Part shown: positions 1-14,323 of the stretch, piece after piece
Numbering within the stretch: the first letter of the stretch is position 1
Layout of the letters: each line of letters starts with the position of its first letter
Assembly: GCF_009914755.1 (NCBI RefSeq)
Contig: NC_060932.1
DNA: 64,000 nt
Reading direction: 5' to 3' (one strand)
Source of the DNA: the human T2T-CHM13v2.0 reference genome, Homo sapiens
Position numbers and translations under genes: made by a program
The notes under the pieces: generated by a model
What the model was told of the DNA's origin: nothing
Database searches by the model: none
Seen by the model: only the letters and a program-made list of their open reading frames with translations

Positions 1-419
1 GAGGGGCCTCACCCCCTTTTCCTCCCCAGCACAGCCCCAAAGGCAAACCACAGGAAAGCACACTCACTCCTTCCCCTCCTGCCCTGCTGCAAAGGGGAGA
101 CAGGAACATAAGCACCGAAAATGAGATCAGCTCTAATCCAGACAGACTTTTAAAAAGAGTGACTGAGATGTTAAGTTCTGTCCCAAAGATGGTCAAGATC
201 CTCTGCTACCAAGAGCAAACAGATTAATCTATCCCAACTGTGCACAACGAATGGAGAAAAATGAAGCTATTTCCTGTTAGCATCCAGGCAGATAAAGATG
301 CCTCAATAAAATGGCTACAAAATGTGCTTCCATATGTCGGGCTCAACCACAGGAAATTGTCAGTTTCTGACCCACAAAAATGGCTATTTCACAGGAAACA
401 AACAACGTAAGAATTTCCC

Positions 420-870
420 CAATGTTTTACTATGAAAATTTGCAAAACACAACAAAGCTGAAAGGATTCATAACACTTAGATTCCGCTACAATATTAACA
501 TGGTATTATATTGTTTGTAGCATACCTATTCATCCCTTTACATCATCACCTTGTTTGTATAATGCATTGCAAAGTAAACTGTAGACATCAGCACACATCT
601 CCTAAATAATTCGGCATGAGTATCATAAACTATAGTTACACATTTCTTTATAGTTATTTAAAGTGAAATTTACACAAAATGAAATGCATAAATTTTAAGT
701 ATACATTCCCTGAGATTTAACAAGTGTATACAACATGTAACCCAGATCCCTATCAAGATCTAGAACATCAATATTTCTGCTTAAATTCCCTCATGGCCAT
801 TTCCATTGCACCCCATCCCCAGCCTCAGAGGTGGCCCCACTGTTCTGCTTTTTTTCTCACTGTAGTTTGC
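420..870 (-). mobile_element. Ancient L1M (L1MC/ME-type) 3'-end fragment
   Basis: Degenerate match to old L1 3' UTR text (aaatgcataaattttaagtatac...catgtaaccc...atcaagatctagaacat). Boundaries approximate. Confidence 0.55.
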
Positions 871-2017
871 CGTCTGCCACAACTGAAAGATAAATAGTAA
901 GATATTGGCTGAAGTTGGTGAAGATGTGAAATAGCTGGCATTGAAAATACGAATAAGCATAAGCTAAAAGCACACTAAGACCACAAGGCACTGGTGAAGG
1001 ACCAGCTGAGCAGGAAGGTGTTGAACATACATAGTTTATTTCAAGTTTACTCCAAATCAGTAAAAGTACTTAAGCTAGTGAACTGTGCTCTTACTCAATG
1101 TTACTCTATCCTACCCAGTCATCTTAAATGTCTCACTGATAACAAGGTAATTCTAAAAATTAGCTTGGGTACTTATTAACACAAATAGTGTACTACTTCT
1201 AGAAAAAAACTATAAAATAAATACAAGGGGCTTAAGAGTTTTCCACCTTCATATAAGTTAATTTCATTTTAATAATGTTACAAAGCAAATATGTGATTGA
1301 AACATTGGGCTATGTTTGGATCCATGCCAGGCTCCCTAGGTCTCCAGGTATATTTACTGGTTACAACTAAACAGATGGACCAGCTAGAAACCACCAAATA
1401 ATCAAATAAATCTTAAGATTCAAGAAAATAAGCATTATATTTTAGTCATGAAGAAAGTTCAATTTTTAACAAACCAATGTACCTATTGCTAGTTATTACC
1501 ATTTAAGGAGGAAAATGAGCAGCATATCAAGTCAATTAAACCAAATTACCAGTATTAAATGGCTTACCTTCTCACAGATGTTAGAATATCCCATGTATTT
1601 TATAAAGAATTTTTACTTTAATAAACTTAGCAAAACATTCTTAGTATCTGAAATAGTTACAATTTAAAGAAACTTAGTATTTAGTCACTTTAAATGGAAT
1701 TTTATTACAAGGTAATACTAGACATACAATAGCTATATTCTGTTTACAAGAAGCACTAAAACCATACACAACTTTTTGCCAGTAAGTTTGAAACTTCAAA
1801 GACAGAAAACGTTTTAGAAAATATAACTTACTCAAATGTACCTACCAAGAGAAAATATAACATAGCAAACCTAACTCAAGAAGACACAGAAATTTTAAGT
1901 AGTCCTGTAAACATTTAAAAAGCAAAGGCAGTTTCCCCTCATGTCTACCCACACCTCACCCAGTGTTGGGGTAAAATGACAAAAAGGTTCCAATGAGTTT
2001 TACCAAATAGCTACTTC

Positions 2018-2322
2018 TTTTTTTTTTTTTTTTTTTTTTTTGACAGAGTCTCGCTCTGTCGCCCAGCCTGGAGTGCAGTGGTGCAATCTCGGCTCACTGC
2101 AAGCTCCGCCTCCCGGGTTCACGCCATTCTCCTGCCTCAACCTCCTGAGTAGCTGGTACTACAGGTGCCCGCCACCACACCCGGCTAATTTTTTTTGTAT
2201 TTTTAGTAGAGACGGGGTTTCACCGTGTTAGCCAGGATGGTCTGGATCTCCTGACCTTGTGATCCACCGGCCTTGGCCTCCCAAAGTGCTGGGATTACAG
2301 GCATGACCCACCGCGCCCAGCC
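2018..2322 (-). mobile_element. AluY
   Basis: Full Alu dimer with T-tail. AluY-type gcaagctccgcc...ttcacgccattc and gtgttagccaggatgg. Imperfect TSD aata(g/a)ctacttct. Confidence 0.9.
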
Positions 2323-3685
2323 CCCCAATAACTACTTCTATACAAACTATGCCAAAGAACAGAAAAAGAAGAAATCTTCCTAAATTCATTTATGCAGCTA
2401 GAATATGACCTTGATAACAAAACCAGGAAAGAAAATGTCGGGTCAGTTTTACTCATGGATCTATTAACTAATCCAATAATACTGAAAATATATAAAACCA
2501 CCACGCTGGATTCTTCCCAGAAATGTAAGGATGGTTTTAAATTAGAGCATCTATTGTTATCATTTACCATCTAAAGTATGGAAGGAGAAAAACCAAATAT
2601 ATAATATCAATAGGTGCAGAGAAAATATTCCGTACTAATCACAATTCTTAAGGAAGTAAGAGGAGAAGGAGAAGCAGGGGGAGAGGATAGGAGAGGAGGA
2701 GAGGAAAAAAGGAAGGAAATTACAGACCCACATCTAACATAAACACAGACGCAAAATTGCTGACAAAATATTAGCAAATAAAGCAATATATAAAAAGGAC
2801 AATTCAAATCAACCAAGTGGGACTTTGAGTGAGAAAAAGTATTTGACAAAATTCTCAACCTAGAAATACAAATTTCCCCAATCCAATGAAAAGCATCTAC
2901 AAAACACCCTGAGTTAATATTTTACTTACTTAATGGTAAAATACTAAATACTTTGCCACTAAAATCAGAAACAAAGCCAGGATGTCTACTCTCATCACTG
3001 GTATTCAACATGATACTGGAAATCCTAATTAGTGCAGTAAGGCAAGAAAAGACTGGAAAAGAAGTAAGACTGTTTCTATTAATGGGCTTCATGATATTTA
3101 CATAGAAAATCCCAAAGAATCTATTTTCTTAAAAAAAACTACTAGAAGAAATGAATTTAGCAAAGCTACATGATATAAGGTGCATGTAACAGTTCTATGT
3201 CTACATCCTAGCAGCAAATAATGGGAAAATGAAATTTTAAAAATACGATTTCTAATAGCATCAAAAAATACAAAATATTTAGAAAAATGTTTAACAGAAA
3301 AATGCGTAAAAAGAGCTCCATAGCAAAATCTACAAAAAAAAAGGCAGAAAGAAACTAAAAACCTAACAAATGAAGAAATATACCACTATCATAAATTAGA
3401 ATGTGCAATATCACTGTGATTAATGCTCCCAAAGTTGGTCTACGGAGTCAATGCAATCCTAATCATAAACCCTAGCATGCTTTATTCTGTGGAAGTTGAC
3501 AAGGTGATTCTAAAATGTATATGGATACACAAAGTATCTACACTATTTAGAGCTATTTTAAAAGGAACAACAAAGTAGGAGGATTTACACTACCTAGTTT
3601 TAACACTTACTGTATAGCTAGAGTAATCAAGATTCTGTGATAAAGTAAAGGCATAAGGACAAACAGATAACAAAAAAACAGAGGG

Positions 3686-4098
<413 letters not shown>

Positions 4099-4823
4099 CT
4101 AATTCAAAATTAATGTGAAAATGCTCATAGACAAACATAAAAACTGAAACTATAAAACTTCTAGAAGAAAATAAAAGAGGATAGCTTTGAGACTTGAGAA
4201 TGTGCAGTTTCTTAGAACACAGAAAGCAAAAACAGAAAAGAAAAAATAAATATCAGCATTAAAAATAAAAAAATAAAAAGGTAAGTTATAGACTGGGAGA
4301 AATATGTGCTATATATATCTGAAAAGAACTTCTATCCAGAATACATAAAGAATTACCGCTCAGCAACAAAAAACAATAAAATTAGAAATGGGCAAAAAAG
4401 AAACTTCACTAAAGATAATGGGTGTAGCCAATAAGCACAAGAAAAAGTGCTTGACATCATTATTCATCAGGGAATTGCAAATGTAAACTACAGTAAGAAG
4501 CCACGGCATACCCACCAGAATGGCTAAAATTAAAAAGACTGACACCACCAAATGTTGGTACATATGTAGAACAACCAATTCCACACATGGTTAGTGGGAG
4601 TATAAAATATATTGTACAACTACTCTGCAAAAGAGTTGAACAGTTTCTTAATAAAACTAAACATACACCTACCCTATAGCCCAGTAATCCCTCTCTTGCT
4701 CAAGAGAAATAAAAACATATGTCAAAAAAGGCTTCTATAATATTCATAGAATTTTATTCATAATAACCCAAAACTAGCCCAAGTGTCCACCAATAAAAGA
4801 TGGGGTTAAAAAACTGTGCTATA

Positions 4824-5135
4824 CAACACGAATGGAGCTGGAGGCCACTATCCTAAGCAAACTGACACAGGAACAGAGAACCATGTTCTTATTAATATTT
4901 ATAAGTGGGAGCAAAACATTGACTACCTACGGACACAAAGAAGGGAACAACAGACACTGGGGCCTACTTGAGGGTGGAGGGTGGGAGGAAGGTGCAGATC
5001 AAAAAAACTACTCAGCAGGTATTAAGCTTATTACCTGTGTGACAAAATTATCTGTACACCAAACCCCTGTGACATGCAATTTACCCATATAACAAACCTG
5101 TATATGTACCCCTGAACCTAAAATAAAAGCTTAAA
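4824..5135 (+). mobile_element. 5'-truncated L1P (older L1PA/L1PB) 3' end nested in L1M
   Basis: atggagctggaggccactatcctaagc...gtacccctgaacctaaaataaaag, flanked by TSD aaaaaa(c/t)tgtgctata. Confidence 0.8.
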
Positions 5136-5867
5136 AAAAATTGTGCTATAGTCAGACACTGGAATACTATTTGACAATAAAAAGGAACAAGTGACCGTGT
5201 ACACAACATAAACGAACTAAAAAATATTATGCTGAGTGAAAGGAGACTTTACAAAAAAAAGTACTTGCAAAAGAAGTTCTAGAATAGAAAACACTAATCT
5301 ATGATCAAAAAATGTAGTACAATGGCTGCCTCTGGTGGCAGAGGTGGACGCAAGAAAGGGGCTTGAGAGAACTTTACAGGGTGATGAAAATATTCTCTAT
5401 CCTAATAGGTTATTGTTTTACAAAGGTAGAAATGGATATAAAAACTCCTCAGATCAGACACTAAAATTTGTGCAATTCACTACGTGAAAATTTTACCTCA
5501 GAGGGAAAAAAAAACAAATGCTAAGCTCTAGTTAGCTACAGGCACATGTAAATGTTTATGAAAGTGAAATATACTAATACCTGCAACTTACTTTGAAAGG
5601 CATGAAAGAATAAGATTGACTAATAGACATGACAAAGCAAATCTATCAAAATGTTAACCGCTGTAGCATCTACATGGTGGAGTCATTACAGAACTCTTTC
5701 AATTTGGATACATATTTTTTAAGTTTCATTAAAAAATGTTAATTTAAAAATACTATTGAAAATGTTTTTTAAAATACAAAGTACCCAGACTTAATCTAAT
5801 AAAAGATGTATATGACTTTCAAATAAGATTATAAAAATTGTCAGACTTAAATACATAAGAAATTATA

Positions 5868-6154
5868 GGCCAGGTGCAGGGCTCACACCTGTAATCCCAG
5901 CACTTTGGGAAGTCGAGATGAGCAGACCACTTGAGCCCAGGAGTTTGAGAGCAGACAGGCCAACACGGCAAAACCCCATCTGTACAAGAAATAAGAAAAT
6001 TAGCCAGGCATGGTGGTGCATGCCTGTAGTCCCAGCTACCAGGGAGGCTGAGGTCGGAGGATCACCGGAGCCTGGGAAGTCAAGGCTGCCACAGCACTGC
6101 AGCCTGGGTGAAAGAGCGAGGTCATGACTCAAAAAAAAAAAAAAAAAAAAAAAA
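5868..6154 (+). mobile_element. AluJ
   Basis: Diverged Alu dimer (cacttgagcccaggagtttgag; gagcctgggaagtcaaggctgc) with A24 tail. Confidence 0.85.
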
Positions 6155-6244
6155 GAAGAAGAAGAAGAAGAAGAAGAAGAAGGAGGAAGAGGAAGAAGAA
6201 GAAGAAAGAAGAAAGAAGAAAAAAGAAAGAAGAAAGAAGAGAAA
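6131..6244 (+). repeat. A24-(GAA)9 plus degenerate GAA/GAAA polypurine tract
   Basis: Directly visible. (GAA)9 at 6155-6181. Confidence 0.95.
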
Positions 6245-6269
6245 GCAGGCCAGCCGGCCAGGTGCATGT

Positions 6270-7500
6270 ATAAGAAGATTCAGTATTATAAACATCTGTA
6301 TTTGTCCCAAATTGTTCTATAGATTCAATACAATGCCAGTAAAAATTCTCAAATATTTTTCATGAACATATTTGATAAGCAGATTCTAAAATCTAGAGAA
6401 ATGGATGAGGAAAGGTCCCAAAGCAGCAAACACAATAGTGAAAAAGGCAGGGTAGAAGGACATGCCCTATCAGATATGTGGACTCATTACAAAGCTATAG
6501 TGAGCAATTCAGTTTGGTGTTGCTTCTACATGCCTGGAACAAAATAGAGCCCGACGTATTCATACACAAGAGGTGATGCTGCAGACTACGGTAAAAAGAT
6601 GACAAATCAACTAACAGTACAGGACATTCTCATTGGCCCTTTTTAAAAAACAATACTGAATTAGATCCCTAATAACAAAATATACAATAAAATGCTACAC
6701 CAGGTGGTTCAGAGATCTAAATGTAAAAAAGCAACGTTTCAGATCTTTTAGAGGAAAATACAAGAATAATTCATAACATCTGTGTTATGTGTCTTACAAA
6801 AAGTATAAAGGTGTGAACCACAAAGTACAAAATGGAAAAATTCTATTAATATATTAAAATCTTAAAATTCTGTTCAACAACGTATACCATAAAAAATGAA
6901 AATGTGAGTAAACACAGACTAGGAGAAGTCCTTTATCAAAAATAATCAAAAGGTTCAGGATATTAAAAAAAAAAAATCTACCTATCAATACTACAAATAC
7001 AAAACAAAAACAGAAGAATAGGCAAGATATACGAACAGGCAATTCAAAGGAGGAAACACAAGGCTACTCTTACCAGTAACTTCACTAGTAATTAGAAAAA
7101 TGCAAGTTTAAACCCTCAAGTACTACTTCACAGCCACTCAACTGGCAAATATTAAACTTCACCAAATGTTGACAATGTGATGATGGCACAGAACAAGCTC
7201 TTATTCATTAGGGGCAGAACTGTAAGTTGATACAACCACTTGGGGGTTAAAAAATGGCAATATCCAGTAAAGTCTAATGTGTGTACTTTCTATGACCCAC
7301 AATTCCAATTCCAGATTATGCCCTAGAAAAACACTCAGACATGTATGCATGGGGAGAGATAGGCACATACATGTACAGGGCAGCATTATTTGAAAGAAAA
7401 AAAGTGGCCTGCGATAGGATGGCTAAATGAAAAGCAAGGCATATTCATATGGTGTAGAACTACATATGTGAAAATAAAGAACTGGAGTTTGGAGGAATTT
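6270..7500 (+). mobile_element. Ancient L1M ORF2/3' remnant
   Basis: ctatagattcaatacaatgccagtaaaaattc; ctatgacccacaattccaattcc; acaaccacttggg. Confidence 0.65.
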
Positions 7501-10500
7501 CAAACAAATGCTGTCAAAATAGTATGCCAAGTAGAAGCCTGTTCACAAAACTTTTAATACGTGCTATACAGTATATATACATATATGTGTGTGTGTGTAT
7601 AGGTATATTTCTACACATAGGGATATAGATATACTTCCTGGGCAGTTTTCAAATACATTGATTTAATAATAGATACAGTTTACATGTGTGGATACATAAT
7701 GTGTATGTGCTACATGTTATATATTATTTTGTGCATATATACCTGTATTTATGATAATGACTACCATAAAATGTTTAACAATGGTTAGGAAGGAATACCA
7801 CAGGAGAGGAAAATCTAGGAATCTGATAATGTTTCATTTCTTCGCCTATATGGTCAGTACATGGGCATCCACTGCATTACTCTCTACAATTATTTATAGG
7901 CTTAAATATGTACTATTTCAAATACATACAATTTTAAAGAGCAATACACAGAAATATTTTTATTATAAAGGTTAGAGAACTAGCTCTCTGCCAAAAAGCA
8001 AATCTATGAAACAACTTACAAAAACTCAGTGACAAGCATCTTATACAAATTGACTTGATTCAAAGAATGGAAAAGTAGTTAAATGCTAGATATTCTTTCA
8101 ACAAATATTTACAACACAGATTTTGAGGTTTATGTAAGTCAAAAAATTAAGTGTCCTAAATAAAATTTACAAGTGAAACTAAGACCAAAAGAGTCTTTCC
8201 AGTATACCAAGAAAATTGAAATTGAAAGCAGCCTGTGAAAGATAGGGACAAAAACTGTATATTAGAAGAATAATAAATAAGAAAAAGAAGTTACAGACAG
8301 GATAGAACAACAAAATAATAGTGACTCTGCACTATGGAATGGTAGAAATGGCTGTCAAACCTATGTAAAATATGAGAAAAGGCAGTTACAACAATGCTGG
8401 TTGTGAAATAAAATTATCAAAGGATATTCTCCTACTTTAAATTTAAGACTGATCCTTGGGGTCTTAAGTACAGGATGAGTCACTGGGTTCAACGTGTGGG
8501 CACACATGTAGGAGAGAAGTGCTGGCATTTCTCCAAGTACAGAGATAGTGGCTGCCCTTGGAAACCTGACTATAACTGGACAGCAACCACTCCCACCCCC
8601 CAGCCCCCCACCCCTCAACCAAGTCAATTCACCAATGCTCTCCGCTCTGGAGCACACATAGTATCTACGGCAGATGATGACAGTCACATGACTAGGCAAG
8701 TGACCTGAATCTCACAGGGGGCCGAATAGCCCAGATCCTTCAAAAGATGATTTTCTTTTTAAAAAGAGTTATTCACCAAGGGAGCTCAACATTTCCTTTG
8801 AGTCTAATAGGTTATCTAAACCAAATTTGTCCTCAGCTGTGGCCAATTTGATAGGAACTGAATTACATTCAGTGATTTGCCGTTAAAAGATAACCACATC
8901 AGCCAAAGGTAACCAAGACACATCCCTGAAAAACAAAGATCAAATGCAGGACAAAAGCCTGAAGCATCCCTCACATCAGGGGAATAAAATACTAAAATTT
9001 TAAAAATAATGACTAACAAGAAAATACCATCTTGGCTCCCAGCAGTACCAGAAGAAAGTATAATTTAAAAAAAGTTAAAGCACTGGCCTCCAGACTATAC
9101 TCCCACAGTGGTACACAGGGAAGAAAAGAACATCCTGAATCCTTAGTCCTCTAATAAAAATGGCCAGAGCTGCAGGACCGAACCAGAGAAACTCATCACA
9201 CCCACATGTGCAGTGCAGAGCAGACACTGGCAGCAGATAATGAAGCAAGCAGCCCTTGCACCTCCACATTTCCCGATAGATGGCTGAGGCTTTTCCCCGG
9301 AGGTTTAGGTGGGGTGTACATAGGTTATATGTACATACAGGGTTTATTAAAGAGAAGTTCATTTGAAAAACATTTTTGTACCTTGGTACAGAATGAAGTC
9401 AAGCCATTTAGAGGTGATATGGAAGTATCCAAGCCACAAACTAAGCTGCATATTTTCATGATATTAAAACAGTGGCTGGAGTTACCTCAAAAGACTAAAT
9501 ATATCTGAGCCTGGGTAAGATAAAATAATGTTACAGATTTCTGAGCCATTAAGGGCAAATCACCAACTTGAAAGTTGATGTGCAAATGGATACTTACACC
9601 TCCAGAAGCTGAGAGAAATGTATCGAGCAGTCCTCAAAGCATAGTATAAACTCTATCTCAAGAATATACATTTTACTTAACACAAAGATGCTATGGAACA
9701 TGAAAATAAATAAATAAATAAGAATAAATCATCAAAAAAGTCAAAGCATGCAATGGCCTGATGACATCTACACTTTTATAGTCTCCAAAGTTTTGCACTC
9801 ACCCCTACTATTAGACGTACTTTAACGGAAACAACTGAGAAACACAAAGGCATATGAAATCAGCATTAGTGATATCAAAACTCTGAAAAGAAAGTAGATA
9901 ATAATTCTTTACATTTAAGGAGGCTGGGAACAGAGATTTTTAGCGATTCTTGGTTCTGATTCTTACACAGATATGATCCAGGTCATCATATTCCTTCTCC
10001 CAAACTGCACTAGCTTTCTGGAGAAAAGGGTTTTTCTATTGGAACCAGAGAGCTCAGGGGCTAAGTATCTGATATTAACTAACAACAAGATGGATAGACC
10101 CTATGAGCCTTTATCCAAGTTCCTCTGTTGATAACTGGCTGAAAATGAAAATGTCATACATTCATTTTCTAATAATCTCTATGAGACAGATTATTTTAAA
10201 GCAAGACTAAAATATAGTCCAAAATATAGAACTTTCACTTCCACAGACCACCAGAGGTTAACTGGTCTCTGGAAAATGTGTTCATAAACTCCCTCAGAAC
10301 ATTATTTAGTGCTTGGTTTCATATGATTTGGTCAGGATGGACAAAATGCTGTTGAACTGAACACAAAATAGCTGACGGTTCTTGCAGTGGAAGAATTATG
10401 GTCCTCCTATGTTTTCATCTTAGAATGAGTAATGGAGGATTAAGCAATTGGCTCTGATGGTCTTTGGCTAAAGAAAGAAAATTTTGCTAGGGCCTCTTCA

Positions 10501-12944
10501 TTCAAGGGCTCCACAATGCAATCAGCAGTGTATTGAATCCCTCAGTTACTTAGTAATCTAAGAGACACTCAAAGTAGAAAGAAAAAGGAAGCTAAACTAA
10601 ACTCAGAAGTGTGTTTCTAAATGACAAATACTCATCAAATGAAGCTGTTAATGTTTTACAGGCAGTACAGGAATATATTTCATTCTAATTAAGCCTAAAC
10701 AAAAAGGCTGCTCAATCTACTGAGACACCTTGAGAGAGTTAAAAAGTAGCTAAGAGTTTTTAAGTGCTTATCTATCAATAGTTTTGAGTATATACAGACG
10801 GATTAAATAATAATAATAATTAAAACCTGCTGTTACATAACCCCAAGCTTCAAACTAAAAGGGGGATATATTCTACAGTGACACCTAGTGGCAAAAGTTA
10901 ATGTAGTAGCAGGACACCCAGACAAAATAAACAGGGAGATGGAAAGCTGCTAGGAGATACAGGGAGTTAAGGGGTGATACTCAAAAGGGAAAAACTAAAC
11001 AAACAAACAGAAAACATTACACATACGAGTGTCTACAAAATAAGCCCAAAAGGACATCATGATCCTTCTTTGTCAAACTATTTTCAAATCAATAAATTTG
11101 AAAAAGGCTTCCCCTGGGCCCAACTGGCCATGCAAGTCCAGTTCTATATGCAAAATAAAGGTAGGAAGTCTAATTTATTCATGTTTCTTTTATATTATAA
11201 AGAGTAAAACTGAAAAAAAAGTAAAATTGAACTCTGTAGAAAACCATTTTATCATTTTTCAGCTTAAGCTGAAGAAAATAAAAAGCAGACACTTGCTTTA
11301 AAAATCTGTGATATAAATTCCCCAAATTCCAGCTTCCAAACATCACTTTTCAGCAAAAAAACCACCAAGATAAAGTTTGGCCAGGAAAAAAAAAAGAAAT
11401 CACCTTTTCCCTAAAATGCATGTTTCAAATGACTGGGTTCTTTTTTCCCCATACGTTTACACAACAACTTAAGAAATAATAATGTTTAATGTGACCAATG
11501 CCGTCATTTTCTGACTCTCAATGTAAGACATATCAAAAAACGTACTATTTGAACACATATACTTCTTCTCAAACTAAAATTTCAAATAGTGTTTCAAATA
11601 GAATTTTTGTCAAGGGAAATGTAATTGGTGATAGGACAAAAGCATAGTTTTCTCCAATAATTAAATGTAGTACTCATGGAGACAGCCAGAAGAAAACTTG
11701 ATAATCTAGTTCAACTCCAATTACATACTAGAGAACCTAAAATTCAAGCATGGCAAAATGAGTAACAAAACCTGGGTTCTTAGTCTCGGTTCTTCCAGTA
11801 ATTAGTTGAGTTTCCATGAACTAAACAACCTTCAATGAACTCGGCAACTTCTCTGGGCATTAATTTCCTCATCTGTATGATTTGAGCAGCAAACTAAATG
11901 GGTCTCACAGTATGACACTGCTAAAAAGTCTTTGATTTTCCCAGTAGAAGGAAATGGTTCGCACAACGTCCGTACTTTAATGACCAGGTAAACAGCATTA
12001 AAAGAAAAGCCGGCTTTATCTTTCGAGTACAGCCTACTATACACGACACTGTACTTTAACTGTTTAGGGTGATGGAAGGAAATGGTTTCCATACCCAGTG
12101 CCTTCTATCTGGCACACAGTAAGAACTCAGTATCTACTGGAGAAAAAAAAGAAAAGGTTGCGGATATGCGGATAAAGAATACTCATTACGTCACATGCAG
12201 GGTTCCAATATCAACTTTTGTTTTCGTATCACGGGCATTCCTCCCTTTTACATATTCTTTTACATACTATGTCTGTTTCATGACTATTAGAGAATCAACG
12301 TGTAAAATGCTTAAAAGGCTGTAGATCCTCAAATATGGGCAGAGTTTGTTCTAAAATGCCTGACTATGAAAGTCAGGAGAAGTTAATTTAAGTTACTGCA
12401 TTTCCTAAACCTATCTCTTGCCTGTTAAAATGCTTCAAATAGTTATGGGGTAGGTCTAGAAACGTGAGACACATTTCCCAGTATTAGTTCTCACCAATAA
12501 GAGGCCATATAAAGTGACTTCCCTCAGATGCAATCAGCCCTCTCCTCATAAACACAAAAATGAAATGGAACGAAGACATGCTTCTCTGGCAAATAGCTAC
12601 AGAAACCTTTTGAAAACAACTAACATTAAAGTTGTTCATCAGCTTTCTCTGCTTAGTGCCCTTAGAGGCACAATGAGAAGAACCCATTCTCATTTAGGGA
12701 TGTTAAAAAAGAGTAGCCTCAGTCGGCTGAGGCAATTAATCTATCCCTCTGCAGGTTTAAGTAAGTGACATTTAAGAACAAGTGAAAAAGGAACACAAAC
12801 TTTCACTTATGTCAAAGGTGAATTAATATGCTTGCATTGAACTTCAAACTATGTCTACATCTTTACTTTTAGAATACAAATATTAGTCCTTAGAATGTAA
12901 ATTTGTGCAATGGATTTAATGCACTACTTTCCCCATTTAAATCC

Positions 12945-13090
12945 ATTCATTCATTCACTACTCAAATATTTATTGAGCACCTATTATGGGAAAGGAACAT
13001 TCTAGGAGCTGGGGATACAGAGAGAATGAGCCAAAGACAACACACATGAAAGTAATAAGACAAGTTCAGATAGTGACAAGTGCTATAAAG
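12945..13090. mobile_element. L2 3'-end fragment
   Basis: cattcattcattc...aaatatttattgagcaccta...gctggggataca. Confidence 0.6.
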
Positions 13091-13999
13091 AAAATACTTC
13101 TTTGACTATAGCTGATTCATTTTCTTGGTATATTATGAATGCATGATCTGAAGATCTCAGAAAACAAAGAGTCTAAATCACTTCAAGTGAAGTTTACAGC
13201 TCACATTCCATACACATGTGTATTGCAGTTTCAATATCCCAAATATGAGTCAAAGGAAGTATAAAAGAAACCAAGAATCACTGAAATATGAGACGAAACA
13301 GATTTAAAAATCTGTTCTCTCTGCTGGATATGCACACGGACGAGGAGAAAGGTGAATATCCAATCGATTTTTATTTTAAGTAAAAGTGGTAAAAATACAG
13401 ACGCTCGTTCAGTATTTCATGACATTCTATTTTAAAGGCAACTGCAACGCATATTAAGAAAGCTACATACAAGCAAAAATATTTAAAATAATTTCTGAGA
13501 GCATTCAAATCACTCCCAACTTCTTCCCTCCCCCTGCCCCCCGGCGCCCCCATTTTCACCTCCTTTGAGTTGCTCTGAAACGCTGCTGGTTAGGCAGGAA
13601 CTCACTTTCCCTGACTTTGGCTCATTTTCAACTCCCCAAAACACGCAAGGCAAACGATAAATTGTTCTCTTACTCCCATGTTCAATTCCACGGAAAGCCA
13701 AGAAACAGTCGTTCAGCAACCTCTGTCTCGGCTGCGCCCTGCAGGTGAAGGAACCGCTGGGAAGGGGCTCCCCGAGACTAGCATCCCGAGGGCTCGGACC
13801 CCGGTCCGCCTGGCCCCTCGCCCGCCCGCCAGGCCCGCCGAATGCGGCCTCCGCCCCGCGCGCCTAAAGGAGGAGCGTCGCGGGGGATGGAGGCGGCGCG
13901 CGGTGGGACCTGGGGAGATGCACCCGCAGCGTCCGCCGCGCCAGCCGGCTCCCTACCCCGAGGCGAGGCCCCAGATCCCCGCCCCGCAGGGCCTCTGAC

Positions 14000-14102
14000 C
14001 TCTCCGGGCCCCGGGGCTGCTGCTGCCCGCACTCGTGCTACCGCTGCCGGAGCCGCTGCTGCTGCTGTTGCCGCTGCTCTTGGCATTCTTACGCTGGGCC
14101 AT
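14000..14102 (-). CDS. ASPH: ASPH coding exon 1 (aspartyl/asparaginyl beta-hydroxylase / junctate N-terminus), 34 codons + 1 nt
   Basis: GCA-ATG-G start. Translates to MAQRKNAKSSGNSSSSGSGSGSTSAGSSSPGARR, the recognised ASPH N-terminus, followed by a phase-1 donor AG|GTCAGA. Confidence 0.97.
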
Positions 14103-14323
14103 TGCACGGTCCGCGGGGGCTGGTGAGGGCTGGTGGACCTCCTTCAGTGCGCGGGGGTACACACGCGACGCGGGAGCCGCTGGCGGCGGCGGGCCGCTGG
14201 AGCGGGTTCGGGCCGCTGCTCCTGCAGCAGACCCTGTGCCTCAGCACCGCCTGCAGCACCTGGGAAGACTTCACCCGCCTGCCGGCTGCGCGCGCCCGGC
14301 CTCGCGTGTACGAACCTGTGACT
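14103..14323 (-). other. ASPH: ASPH exon 1 5' UTR (TSS approximate)
   Basis: GC-rich leader between the ATG and the GC-box cluster. TSS placed near 14320 by inference and recall of the transcript start. Confidence 0.65.
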
